From IMG/VR virus record IMGVR_UViG_3300007778_000009, positions 1-47,188 of that record: a DNA stretch of 47,188 bases; one strand, given 5' to 3'. Shown here piece after piece: positions 37,062 through 46,283 of this stretch. How positions within the stretch are numbered: the first letter of the stretch is position 1; the number at the start of each line of letters is the position of its first letter. The translations under genes were made by a program, and so were the position numbers. Under the pieces are notes generated by a model that saw nothing but the letters and a program-made list of their open reading frames with translations, had not been told where the DNA came from and made no database searches. Source of the DNA: a virus. Taxonomy: Duplodnaviria > Caudoviricetes.

Positions 37062-37371
37062 TTGTCTCACAGACGATGATCTCAGACTCGTCCTTGAATT
37101 GCGTAAAGCGGGACTCACCTACCGCTGCATCGCAGAGAAATTTGACGTTGCACCCCACCAGATTCGCCACTTTTGCCGCAACGCAGGCCGAGAACACCTC
37201 TTTCCTGCGCAGAAGGAGACGCTAAGCCAACTGCCGACCGTAGCCGTCACAGAGCTGCGCAACTGCTACGCCGACATGGATGCAACGACGGTTGTTACTG
37301 TTAACTACCAACCTCGATTTGTTTTGGTGCCAATTGAGTTATATGAGGTGCCCCATGAAACTGCTCGATAA
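37036..37371 (+). CDS. HTH + Phd/YefM-like domain protein, putative transcription regulator
   Basis: LTDDDLRLVLELRKAGLTYRCIAEKFDVAPHQIRHF (HTH); TVAVTELRN...VVTVNYQPRFVLVPIELYE (Phd/YefM-like). Confidence 0.7.
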   Translation: MRATKRLFDCLTDDDLRLVLELRKAGLTYRCIAEKFDVAPHQIRHFCRNAGREHLFPAQKETLSQLPTVAVTELRNCYADMDATTVVTVNYQPRFVLVPIELYEVPHETAR

Positions 37372-39262
37372 TCACTACACCCTGCTGACGCTGGACTTTG
37401 AAACCTATTATGGTCCCAAGTACTCCCTCAGTCTGCAGAGTATGAACACCTTTAAATACGTCGCGGATGAGCAGTTCAAGCTGCACTCTGTCGGCGTCAA
37501 GATCGATGACGAAGCCACGCAGTACTATGACTTCGACGACCCAGCACAGCTGAGCGAGTTCAAAGCGCTCCTCGATGCACTGCCTGAGCAGACTGCACTG
37601 CTGTGTCACAACACCGCCTTTGATGGCTTTATCCTGCACTACCACTTTAACTGGCACCCCGCGCTGTACCTCGATACCGCGTCCATGAGTCGCGGTTTTT
37701 TTGTCGGTCAAAAAGCCAACCTCAAACACCTGTCGATTCGCCTCTTTCCGAATAACCCTGAGCTGCGCAAACTCGACGACTTAGCCAAGACTTTTGGGCA
37801 CCGTGTTGTACCGGATGAAGTCAAACCGGCGTTCGAGGCCTACTGTATTCGCGACGTTGAGATGACCAAGGCCTGTTTCGATGTGATGATCGAGCACTAC
37901 CCCGATGATGAGTTGCGCCTGATCGACTGGACGCTGCGCTGCATGTGTGAACCGACGCTGACCGTGGATGCTGAACTCGTGCAGGAAGAGATCGACTATC
38001 AAGTCGCGCTCAAACGCGACGCCATCGACGCCTCTGGCATCAGTGAGACAATACTACGCAGCGATAAACAGTTCGCTGAATGGCTCGACGACAATGGGGT
38101 CATCTATGAGATGAAACGCAACCCTAAAGACGAGCTCATCCCTGCCCTGTCACAGTCTGATTGGGGCTGGCAACGCCTCGTTGCACACTACCCTGAACAC
38201 GACGCCGTGTTCAAAGCCCGCAAGCACGCCAAATCCTCGATCCAAGAGTCACGTGCGCGCTGGTTTAAGGACGTGGCCCGTTGGAATCACAACCGCATGC
38301 CCGTGCCACTCAAGTACTACGGCGCAGACACAGGGCGTTGGAGCGGCAGTGAGAAGCTGAACCTTCAGAACCTACCACGCATTAGCCACGACCCCAACAG
38401 TGGCCGTCTACGCCGCAGCCTGCGCGCCCCCGAGGGCGAAGTGATCATCGTGCGTGACCTCTCCAACATCGAGGGGCGCATGCTCGCGTGGGAAGCCAAC
38501 GAAGGCTACCTCCTCGACCTCTTTAAAAACGACGGTTGTCCGTACCTGTTCATGGCCGAGGCGATCTACAACGCGCCCCACGGCAGCTTTACCAAACAGA
38601 ATAATGGCGGTGAGCGCAACGTCGGCAAAGTCGCCACGCTGGGCTTGGGCTATGGCATGGGTCACAAGAAGTTCTGGGTGACAATGAATACCGGTCCAAT
38701 GGGGATGGACCCCATACCCACGAGTGAGCAAGACGCGCAGCGCATCGTCAACATCTACCGCTCGACCAACGCCAACATCACGCGCTACTGGCAGGCGTGT
38801 AACGATGCCATTGAGATGATGGCCACGCTCGGTGACAACGAGAGCCGCAGCTTTGGTCCGCTTGAGCTGGTCCGCAATGCAGCGATTTTGCCCAACGGCA
38901 TGGCCCTGCAGTACCCAGACCTGACCGGTACGCCCAACCAGTGGAACGGCTACGACTTCACCTTTGGCAACGGTAAAAAAGTCTACGGCGGTCTGCTGTG
39001 CGAAAACATCACCCAAGCCCTGGCACGCATCGTGATCTCCGAGCAGTTGCTGCGCATTCAAGCGGAGCTCGACGCCAATTATGGCCGTGATGTCGCGCGC
39101 ATTGTCCACATGGTTCACGATGAATTGCTCGTGGTTGCACCCCAAGCACTGGGCGATGAGATCTACACCCTCATGGGTGACGTGATGAGCCAACCGCCCG
39201 CATGGTGCAGCGATTTGCCGCTCAAATCCGAGGGCGGATTGGCCGTTGAATACAGTAAATAG
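37355..39262 (+). CDS. polA: DNA polymerase family A with 3'-5' exonuclease
   Basis: Exo LDFETY, HNTAFD, YCIRDV; motif A DLSNIEGR, motif B RNVGKVATLGLGYG, motif C VHDEL; GAGGT RBS. Confidence 0.95.
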   Translation: MKLLDNHYTLLTLDFETYYGPKYSLSLQSMNTFKYVADEQFKLHSVGVKIDDEATQYYDFDDPAQLSEFKALLDALPEQTALLCHNTAFDGFILHYHFNWHPALYLDTASMSRGFFVGQKANLKHLSIRLFPNNPELRKLDDLAKTFGHRVVPDEVKPAFEAYCIRDVEMTKACFDVMIEHYPDDELRLIDWTLRCMCEPTLTVDAELVQEEIDYQVALKRDAIDASGISETILRSDKQFAEWLDDNGVIYEMKRNPKDELIPALSQSDWGWQRLVAHYPEHDAVFKARKHAKSSIQESRARWFKDVARWNHNRMPVPLKYYGADTGRWSGSEKLNLQNLPRISHDPNSGRLRRSLRAPEGEVIIVRDLSNIEGRMLAWEANEGYLLDLFKNDGCPYLFMAEAIYNAPHGSFTKQNNGGERNVGKVATLGLGYGMGHKKFWVTMNTGPMGMDPIPTSEQDAQRIVNIYRSTNANITRYWQACNDAIEMMATLGDNESRSFGPLELVRNAAILPNGMALQYPDLTGTPNQWNGYDFTFGNGKKVYGGLLCENITQALARIVISEQLLRIQAELDANYGRDVARIVHMVHDELLVVAPQALGDEIYTLMGDVMSQPPAWCSDLPLKSEGGLAVEYSK

Positions 39263-39272
39263 CGCCCATTTT

Positions 39273-39289
39273 TAGTGGCATAGCTACTA
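39273..39289. promoter_or_regulatory. 17-bp palindromic operator-like site, copy 11
   Basis: TAGTGGCATAGCTACTA overlapping TACTAT/TATACT -10-like boxes. Confidence 0.75.
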
Positions 39290-39304
39290 TACTAAGGAGA
39301 CCTA

Positions 39305-39772
39305 ATGACGAATTTTGAGAAGTCATCGGAGTTTAACACCCTCTTCGGTAACGAGCGCGGCGATCCCAGCAATGTTGATTGGGACGCAGCGCGTGCTCAA
39401 TTTGCTTTGATCCTCGAAGAGTTCACGGAACTGAGCCTTGCGATTGGCGAGCACAACATCAAAGAGGTCAGGGACGGTGCCGCAGACCTGCTCGAAACAA
39501 CATATGGCCTGTTACACCGTCTAGGATTCGACGCTAACAAGGATTACGACGCTGTGTACCGCTCTAATATGTCCAAATTCTGTGAGTACCGATCAACCGC
39601 TGAAGCCACACGCAACCGGTATCTAATGATGGGTGTCAGCTGCTATATCAAACAGATCGATAAGTACTATGCCGTCATCTCTAAGTACGACCAGAAGGAC
39701 GACAAAGGCAAGACCTACGCCGCCGGTAAACTCCTTAAATCCATTGAATACAAAGAGCCCGTCTTCGAATGA
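39305..39772 (+). CDS. MazG-like NTP pyrophosphohydrolase
   Basis: LILEEFTEL...EVRDGAADL...VYRSNMSK...GKLLKS. Confidence 0.85.
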   Translation: MTNFEKSSEFNTLFGNERGDPSNVDWDAARAQFALILEEFTELSLAIGEHNIKEVRDGAADLLETTYGLLHRLGFDANKDYDAVYRSNMSKFCEYRSTAEATRNRYLMMGVSCYIKQIDKYYAVISKYDQKDDKGKTYAAGKLLKSIEYKEPVFE

Positions 39773-39972
39773 GTGACGCGTCAGACCCATCTGATAGCGC
39801 CTCTGCGCTTGAAGCACTCTTCCTCAAACACGCGCTTGAGAGCCGCAAACCCAGTGGCCCTCGCGCCGTGGGCCGCTGCCTCTTTTGCGAAGATGACCTA
39901 CCAGCGGAACGTCGCTGGTGTGACCTTGAATGCAAACGCCTTTGGGAGCGACAAAATGCACTTAAATATTGA
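39769..39972 (+). CDS. TraR/DksA-like zinc-finger protein
   Basis: DPSDSA (DxxDxA) and CLFC...WCDLEC. Confidence 0.65.
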   Translation: MSDASDPSDSASALEALFLKHALESRKPSGPRAVGRCLFCEDDLPAERRWCDLECKRLWERQNALKY

Positions 39973-40135
39973 AGAACTACGGATATTCAAATCGGCACTG
40001 GCCCAATACTCAGCACTCTCTGACGAGCGTGCGCAACGCGCAGGCTACTTGATGACCCGTGTTCAAAAGGAGATCGACGACCTCAACTCGCTACAGGATT
40101 TCGAAAGCGACTGTGGCGACGCCTGTAAACTCTAA
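39956..40135 (+). CDS. Small protein with C-terminal DCGDACKL di-cysteine tail
   Basis: MHLNIEEL start, GGGAG RBS, 59 aa. Confidence 0.6.
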   Translation: MHLNIEELRIFKSALAQYSALSDERAQRAGYLMTRVQKEIDDLNSLQDFESDCGDACKL

Positions 40136-40153
40136 GCACTGTGGGAGGGGCTT

Positions 40154-42694
40154 ATGAAGATTCCATTAACCCTGCTATCCGCAGGTAAAGCACGACTCGC
40201 AAAAGAGTTCACGCCACAAGGCTCACAAGCCTATCCGCTGGTCTCTAAACTCACGTCAACAACCTATATGACCGATGCCACCGCACAGGGCCTTCGCGAC
40301 CGTTTAGCGCTGTACCAACAGCATGCGAAAGTCGGTGACTGTTGCCTCAAAGGTCAGCTCACACGTGAGATTAAAAATGAGTCACGCGCGGGACTGTGCG
40401 AAAAAGATGCCCCGACTCACACCCTGATTCTGGATATCGACGATTACCCGATATCCACACCGATTAGCACTCCCTGCACCGCGCAGGATGTTAAAAACGC
40501 CGCCGAGATGATCGTCGCTAACCTGCCCTCCTCCCTCAGATCGGTTAGTTACATCGCCCACGCGTCGTCCAGCTTCGGTCGTAAGCCGAACTCGATCTCA
40601 CTCCATATCGAGTTTCTGCTATCACACGGCGTCGCACCCTTTGCACTCAAAGAGTGGCTGAGACACCTCAACCTCTCCATTGATGCATTCGCGGATAAGC
40701 TGAGTCTGAACCCAGCGGGCTACACGCTGCACTGGCTGATTGACCCTTCAGTCGCAGACAACTCCAAGCTTATCTACATCGCCACCCCCAAGTTCAAAGG
40801 CGTTCCCAACCCCTTTGATAATGACGATGAACGTTGGGTGCTCGTAGAAAAAACCGAAGCCATTGCCAACGTCCTCGCGGATGTAGGGAGTGCGACCCCT
40901 GCTGCCATCAAAGCCAAAGAGCAGAAGATCATCGCCGCGCAGCGCAAAGCGATGGGCTTACCCAAAGGCACCATGAAGACCGCCCGCATGTCGGTGGTCG
41001 GCTTTGACGGGAAGGTCAACGTACAGACCAACCCCAACGAGATGCACATGCAGCTCGTAAGCATCAACAACGATTACGCTCGCTTCAATATCAACCACGG
41101 CGACTCAAACGCGTACTATGTGCGCCTGACCAACCCTGAGATTGTCTGGAACCACAAGGGCGAGCCACCGTTCCTGTTCTCGGTTGCCAACCCTGAGTAT
41201 TACGAGCAGTTCGTGGCCGAACACGCCGCCGATATTCAGCTGTATCGACCGGTTGAGCCGATGGTCTTTCGCGACATGCTCTCGGATCGCCACTACACCG
41301 CGCTCTATAACCCCAAAGAGGATATCTTTGAGGACATCGATCTGGGCCGCCAAACCTGCACCAGTTTAACGGTCGCCGCGCGCGCCCACTTGGACGATTT
41401 CATGGCCGATTACGGCTCCACCGTACCGCCCGTGATCCCTCAGTATGCTGTGACCTTTAACCCGCAGACCTCGACCTGTTTCGATAAAGACAAGCGCTTT
41501 GTGAACCGCTTCTCAGCGCCGACACTCATGCGAGACCAGCCGAGCATTGCCGAGGAGTTCCAAGGCATCACCTACGACATGGACAAGCGCGGGGAGAACG
41601 ATATCTCCGCCTACGTCACAGCGCTGGCACCCAATGCCAACAAGCTGATCCAGCATGTCTTGGGTAACGATGCCGAGTGTTACGAGCACTTCATCAACTG
41701 GCTGGCGTACGCCTTCCAGTACCGCTCCGTCTCCAATACGGCGTGGGTGCTCTCCGGTCTCCCAGGATCGGGTAAAGGCCTGATGTTCAACACCATCATT
41801 GTCGGACTCTGGGGTACGCAGTACACCAGCATGAAGAAGATGACCAACCTTGAAGACAACTTCAACGGCGGGTTAGAGACACAGTTGATGGTGGCCTTCG
41901 ATGAGATTCACGTCTCCTCCGGCAAAAACCCTGAACGTCTGCTCGATGACATCAAACATATGATCTCTGAAGAGCGCACGACCATCCGTGCGATGCGCCA
42001 AGATCAGCGCAGCGAAGAGGTGTTCTATAACTTCTTCTGTTTCTCCAACCACCGGGATGCAATGCGTATTGAACCGGGGGATCGACGCTTCAATGTCGCC
42101 CCCTACCAAGCCGTGCCGCTCAACCGGATTGTGTCGGACACCTACGACTTCGTGGAGAAGATCGAGGCGGAGCTGCCGCTGCTCGCGGCTTTCCTCGCAA
42201 GCTTCGACGTCAACCGTCGCGCCGCCCGTGTGTGTATCGAGAACGACGCAAAAGCCGCAATGCGACTGAGCGCGCAGACCGCCTTCGAGCGTCTGTTCCA
42301 CGCCATCAAGTTTGGCGAGCTGGACTACTTCATTGAGTACGTGCTGCTCTACGTTCTGCCGGTTGATGCCGAGTATTCGACCATCACCAAAATGCAGGCC
42401 GCGCAGCGCATCGTCAAAGCCTGGTACGAAGACGCTGCTAAAGGACAACCGACCCTCATCGACCTTGAAGAGATGCGTTCAGTCTACAGCGCCCTCGCCC
42501 CAGACCGCAGCATCACACCGCTTAAATGGGGGTCGATGGTGCGCAAAAACGGCATTGAAGTGGTGCGTCGAACCACGCCACGCGGCAAGGTGAACTGTAC
42601 CGAAACGCAATGGTTCGTCACCGAGCACACCGATAAACAAGACATTGCGCAGATTAAGCACGCTATCAGTGCGATTGCTGCAAGGACACACTAA
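40154..42694 (+). CDS. Primase-helicase (AEP-like N-terminus, SF3/D5-like helicase)
   Basis: LILDIDD...SSSFG....SLHIEF (primase); GLPGSGKG, AFDE, FSNH, DRRFNV (SF3). Confidence 0.85.
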   Translation: MKIPLTLLSAGKARLAKEFTPQGSQAYPLVSKLTSTTYMTDATAQGLRDRLALYQQHAKVGDCCLKGQLTREIKNESRAGLCEKDAPTHTLILDIDDYPISTPISTPCTAQDVKNAAEMIVANLPSSLRSVSYIAHASSSFGRKPNSISLHIEFLLSHGVAPFALKEWLRHLNLSIDAFADKLSLNPAGYTLHWLIDPSVADNSKLIYIATPKFKGVPNPFDNDDERWVLVEKTEAIANVLADVGSATPAAIKAKEQKIIAAQRKAMGLPKGTMKTARMSVVGFDGKVNVQTNPNEMHMQLVSINNDYARFNINHGDSNAYYVRLTNPEIVWNHKGEPPFLFSVANPEYYEQFVAEHAADIQLYRPVEPMVFRDMLSDRHYTALYNPKEDIFEDIDLGRQTCTSLTVAARAHLDDFMADYGSTVPPVIPQYAVTFNPQTSTCFDKDKRFVNRFSAPTLMRDQPSIAEEFQGITYDMDKRGENDISAYVTALAPNANKLIQHVLGNDAECYEHFINWLAYAFQYRSVSNTAWVLSGLPGSGKGLMFNTIIVGLWGTQYTSMKKMTNLEDNFNGGLETQLMVAFDEIHVSSGKNPERLLDDIKHMISEERTTIRAMRQDQRSEEVFYNFFCFSNHRDAMRIEPGDRRFNVAPYQAVPLNRIVSDTYDFVEKIEAELPLLAAFLASFDVNRRAARVCIENDAKAAMRLSAQTAFERLFHAIKFGELDYFIEYVLLYVLPVDAEYSTITKMQAAQRIVKAWYEDAAKGQPTLIDLEEMRSVYSALAPDRSITPLKWGSMVRKNGIEVVRRTTPRGKVNCTETQWFVTEHTDKQDIAQIKHAISAIAARTH

Positions 42695-43545
42695 TGGCTA
42701 AGATGATGTTTAACCCCAGTGCTGTAAACACAGCACCTTTGAACCCTAAGGAGCCGGTCACTGAAGACCGGCCTCTTTTCGACCCCGCCGCTGCCCAAGC
42801 GCAGTACGAGGCCGAAAAACCCGAAGACCTTCACGACAAACCCCTCGGCCCCCTCAAACGCTGGTCCTTTTCAGGACTCTCCGAGTTTGAACAGTGCGCC
42901 TATAAAACCTATCTAAAGAAGATCGAGGGGGCACAAGAGCCGTCAGGCCCTGCGGCCGCACGCGGCTCTAAACTGCACGAGTCCATCGAGAACTACATCC
43001 AAGGGTTCGTCGATGAGCTTGACCCCGAGGTTAAAAAGCACCGTGATCTGATCGATCGCCTACGCGACGCCTATGTCGAGGGGAGAGTGACCGTCGAAGA
43101 GGATTGGGGCTATACGCGCGATTGGGTCCCGACCGGTTGGGAGGATGACGACACTTGGGCGCGTCTAAAGCTGGATGCTATCGAATTTGAAAATGAGACC
43201 TCGTGCAGTATCTACGACTGGAAATCCGGTCGCAAATTCGGCAACGAGGTCAAGCACGCGCAGCAGCTCCTAGTATACGCCATTGGCACGTTTAAACGCT
43301 TCCCAGAGGTTGAATTTATTTACGGCGCGATGGTCTACATCGACAAAGGCGAAATTCTTGAGGGCAAGTACGTGCGCAGCGACCTTGACCTTTTCCTACC
43401 GCGCATCGAACGACGCGCATTAACCATGACAACTGCCACCGAGTTTCCACCGTCACCGAGCAAACACAACTGCAAGTGGTGTCGCCTGAAGGAGCCGCTT
43501 GAGGGTGAAGAGGAAGCACGCTGTCAGTGGGGAGTACTCGAATGA
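42694..43545 (+). CDS. Cas4-like PD-(D/E)XK exonuclease
   Basis: WSFS....FEQC, RG..LH..IE, KLDA, DWKSG, QL.VYA, CKWC...C. Confidence 0.85.
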   Translation: MAKMMFNPSAVNTAPLNPKEPVTEDRPLFDPAAAQAQYEAEKPEDLHDKPLGPLKRWSFSGLSEFEQCAYKTYLKKIEGAQEPSGPAAARGSKLHESIENYIQGFVDELDPEVKKHRDLIDRLRDAYVEGRVTVEEDWGYTRDWVPTGWEDDDTWARLKLDAIEFENETSCSIYDWKSGRKFGNEVKHAQQLLVYAIGTFKRFPEVEFIYGAMVYIDKGEILEGKYVRSDLDLFLPRIERRALTMTTATEFPPSPSKHNCKWCRLKEPLEGEEEARCQWGVLE

Positions 43546-43844
43546 AATTCTCAATCCAACCCGTAACCGAAGCGGTTAATCCAACCCCCAGCATCCCAAC
43601 ACAAAACCAAGAGGGACCCGAGACCCGACTCTATCGCGTGCCAATCACTCGCAACGTCTATTACGACGAGAGCGGCTACGTCGAAGTTGAAGCCGTCAGC
43701 GAGGAAGACGCCCGCGAGCGCATTCTAGCCTTCGATTGGAATGAACTTGAACACGCCTGTGAATGGGACGGCGACCCTAGCTATAGCGACTCGGGTGATG
43801 CTGACTTCGAAAACATCTATTGGAACGAAATCGAAGAGGTGTAA
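43542..43844 (+). CDS. Acidic hypothetical protein
   Basis: MKFSIQPV start; VEVEAVSEEDARE motif; strongly acidic C-terminal half. Confidence 0.6.
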   Translation: MKFSIQPVTEAVNPTPSIPTQNQEGPETRLYRVPITRNVYYDESGYVEVEAVSEEDARERILAFDWNELEHACEWDGDPSYSDSGDADFENIYWNEIEEV

Positions 43845-43845
43845 C

Positions 43846-45225
43846 ATGATTCCTGCCATGTACCAGCATCAGTCTCACACGGCTGATTTTATCGCCAACA
43901 ACCCTAATCGTTGCGCCTTTATTACCAGTGACACAGGCACCGGCAAGACCCGCTCCGTGCTGGAGGGCTATAAGCAGCTCAAGGCCAAGGGCTACGGCAA
44001 AATGCTGGTACTGGCACCGCTCTCAATTCTCAAACCGGCGTGGGGCGATGATATCGAACGCTGGACACCGGAGCTGAGCTACGGCATCAGTACCGCAGGC
44101 TCAGATAAGAAACGCCTTGCAGCGTTTGAGTCCGGTGCCGAGATCGTCATCACAAACCACGACGCGGTGAAATGGCTCGTGCGTAACCCCGCGCTGCTAG
44201 ACGGCTTCGACATTCTCGCCATCGATGAGTCCACGGCCTTTAAACACCGCACCTCAGAGCGCAGCCGCGCGATCCGTGACCTCGCGCAGCAATTCAAATA
44301 CCGCATCCTAATGACCGGTACCCCCAACTCCAACGGGGTCTGTGACGTCTGGCACCAAGCGATGCTGCTCGATAATGGCGTGCGCTTAGGCCGCATGTTC
44401 TCGGGCTTTCGCATGCAAGTCTGTCACCCCGTCCAAGTGGGACCGACCGCGCAGATGGTGAAATGGGTTGATAAAGACGGTGCCGAAGAGATGGTGGCTG
44501 AACGCATGCGTGACATCACCATCCGCTACAAGTTCGAAGACTGTATCGATATCCCTGAGAACGTGCAGCGCACGCTCAAAGTGGAGCTGCCGCGTAAACT
44601 GATGGCGCAGTACAAGCAGCTTGAGCACGAAGCCATCTTGATGATGAACGATGCGACGATCAACGCGATTCATGCCGGTGCCAAAGCTCAAAAACTGCTG
44701 CAACTGTGCTCCGGGGCTGTCTACGACGAGGACCGGATTGCCCAGCTCTTTAACACCGACCGCTATGAACTCGTGATTCAACTGGTGTTGGAGCGCGACC
44801 ACTCTGTCGTCGCGTTCAACTGGACCCATCAGCGTGATCAACTCGTCGCCCTGGCACAGAAACACAAGATAGCCTATGGCGTGATCGACGGCTCTACCCC
44901 CGTGAACGAGCGGACCCGTGTCGTTGCGGCCTTCCAAGCCGGTGAACTGCAAGTCATATTCGCGCATCCACAATCTGCAGGCCACGGTCTGACCCTGACG
45001 CGCGGACGCGCCACAATTTGGGCCTCACCGACCTACAACGCGGAGTGGTTCCAACAGTTCAACGCACGTATATATCGCGCGGGTCAAACCCAACAAACCG
45101 AAACCCTAATGATTGCTGCTGCCGATACCAAAGAAGAGGAAGTCTACGAAATCCTTCAAGGGAAACGTGAGCGCATGTTCAACCTACTGGGCGTCTTCGC
45201 CCACACCACGGAGGCAACTGCATGA
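43846..45225 (+). CDS. SNF2-like (SF2) DNA helicase
   Basis: YQHQ, DTGTGKT, IDES, MTGTP, SAGHGLTL, QFNARIYRAGQ. Confidence 0.9.
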   Translation: MIPAMYQHQSHTADFIANNPNRCAFITSDTGTGKTRSVLEGYKQLKAKGYGKMLVLAPLSILKPAWGDDIERWTPELSYGISTAGSDKKRLAAFESGAEIVITNHDAVKWLVRNPALLDGFDILAIDESTAFKHRTSERSRAIRDLAQQFKYRILMTGTPNSNGVCDVWHQAMLLDNGVRLGRMFSGFRMQVCHPVQVGPTAQMVKWVDKDGAEEMVAERMRDITIRYKFEDCIDIPENVQRTLKVELPRKLMAQYKQLEHEAILMMNDATINAIHAGAKAQKLLQLCSGAVYDEDRIAQLFNTDRYELVIQLVLERDHSVVAFNWTHQRDQLVALAQKHKIAYGVIDGSTPVNERTRVVAAFQAGELQVIFAHPQSAGHGLTLTRGRATIWASPTYNAEWFQQFNARIYRAGQTQQTETLMIAAADTKEEEVYEILQGKRERMFNLLGVFAHTTEATA

Positions 45226-45455
45226 ATGACGATAAACAACCCGCCACCAAACTCGACCATGTGCTGTTCTCCACCTCAGCCCATGTCTATTACACAGGCG
45301 ATCCAGAGATGCGCCACGAAGCCGTTCATTACTGCGCCACCCTGCTCGACCTACTCATCTTTGATGTCAGACACCTGACACCCAAAGGGAAACAGCTCAT
45401 CAAAGAGCTACCCACGGCACTGATCGAAGCCGATCAGAACCAATCTGTTCACTAA
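45222..45455 (+). CDS. Hypothetical protein
   Basis: GGAGG RBS, ATGA overlap. Confidence 0.6.
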   Translation: MNDDKQPATKLDHVLFSTSAHVYYTGDPEMRHEAVHYCATLLDLLIFDVRHLTPKGKQLIKELPTALIEADQNQSVH

Positions 45456-45469
45456 CGAGGATAAGACCT

Positions 45470-45823
45470 ATGACCGCTAATCAAGAGATTGATGTTAACG
45501 GGGCCACTCAGATCGACATTGCCGATGTGATGCCCTGCCCGATAGACACCTTAAAAGAGGCTGTACGCGAACTCGAACGCGACTACAAAGCCGTGACACG
45601 CTATCAACTGGCCGCTAACGACATGCGGGCCACCATCGCAGATCTGCGCAACACCGTGACCGACGCCACAAACGCCGGTGACGATGAGCGTGCGTTTGAA
45701 GCGATGAAGGCCTTGCGCGCCGAGTCGCTGCGCATGAGCAAAGCGCTCGAACGTGCAGATGACGCTGAGTTCAATATTGAAAATAAACGCAAAGCCGTTG
45801 CAACGGCACTGGAGGCACTATGA
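45470..45823 (+). CDS. Coiled-coil hypothetical protein
   Basis: GAGGA RBS; helical heptads. Confidence 0.6.
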   Translation: MTANQEIDVNGATQIDIADVMPCPIDTLKEAVRELERDYKAVTRYQLAANDMRATIADLRNTVTDATNAGDDERAFEAMKALRAESLRMSKALERADDAEFNIENKRKAVATALEAL

Positions 45824-46203
45824 GTGACGTAAAAATGTCCCTTGGACAGCTCGCCCGTTTGGCAGCCGATATCCGTGAGGATAAACGCAAGCTCGACAAA
45901 GAGAGCAAAGAGATGGGCGCGCGCCTCGATGAGATCAAAGGACTCATCTACGCGCAGCTCGATGAACAGGGTGTGGACCGTACCGCTGTCGATGGGATAT
46001 CGATCAGCAAGTCTGACACCGTGGTCCCAACCGTGACCGATTGGGAAAAAGTTGAAGAGTACATCACGCAGACCAACCAACTGCACCTGTACCAACGACG
46101 ACTCTCCGCAACGCTCTGGCGTGAGATGATGGAGAGCGGCGAACTGGTCCCAGGTACTGAACCCTTCACCAAACGTGACGTCAATTTGCGGGTCACAAAA
46201 TAG
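45820..46203 (+). CDS. Conserved phage replication-region protein
   Basis: Coiled coil followed by V.DW....YI......L.QRRLS......GELVPG pattern. Confidence 0.65.
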   Translation: MSDVKMSLGQLARLAADIREDKRKLDKESKEMGARLDEIKGLIYAQLDEQGVDRTAVDGISISKSDTVVPTVTDWEKVEEYITQTNQLHLYQRRLSATLWREMMESGELVPGTEPFTKRDVNLRVTK

Positions 46204-46217
46204 TGTCATTGCCACTA
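46201..46217. promoter_or_regulatory. 17-bp palindromic operator-like site, copy 12
   Basis: TAGTGTCATTGCCACTA upstream of an extended -10 TGaTACTAT (46221-46229). Confidence 0.8.
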
Positions 46218-46283
46218 CTATGATACTATAAACCCTGTAAACACTGACATTTAACCAGTAACAAGTAACAAAGGACAAACCTT

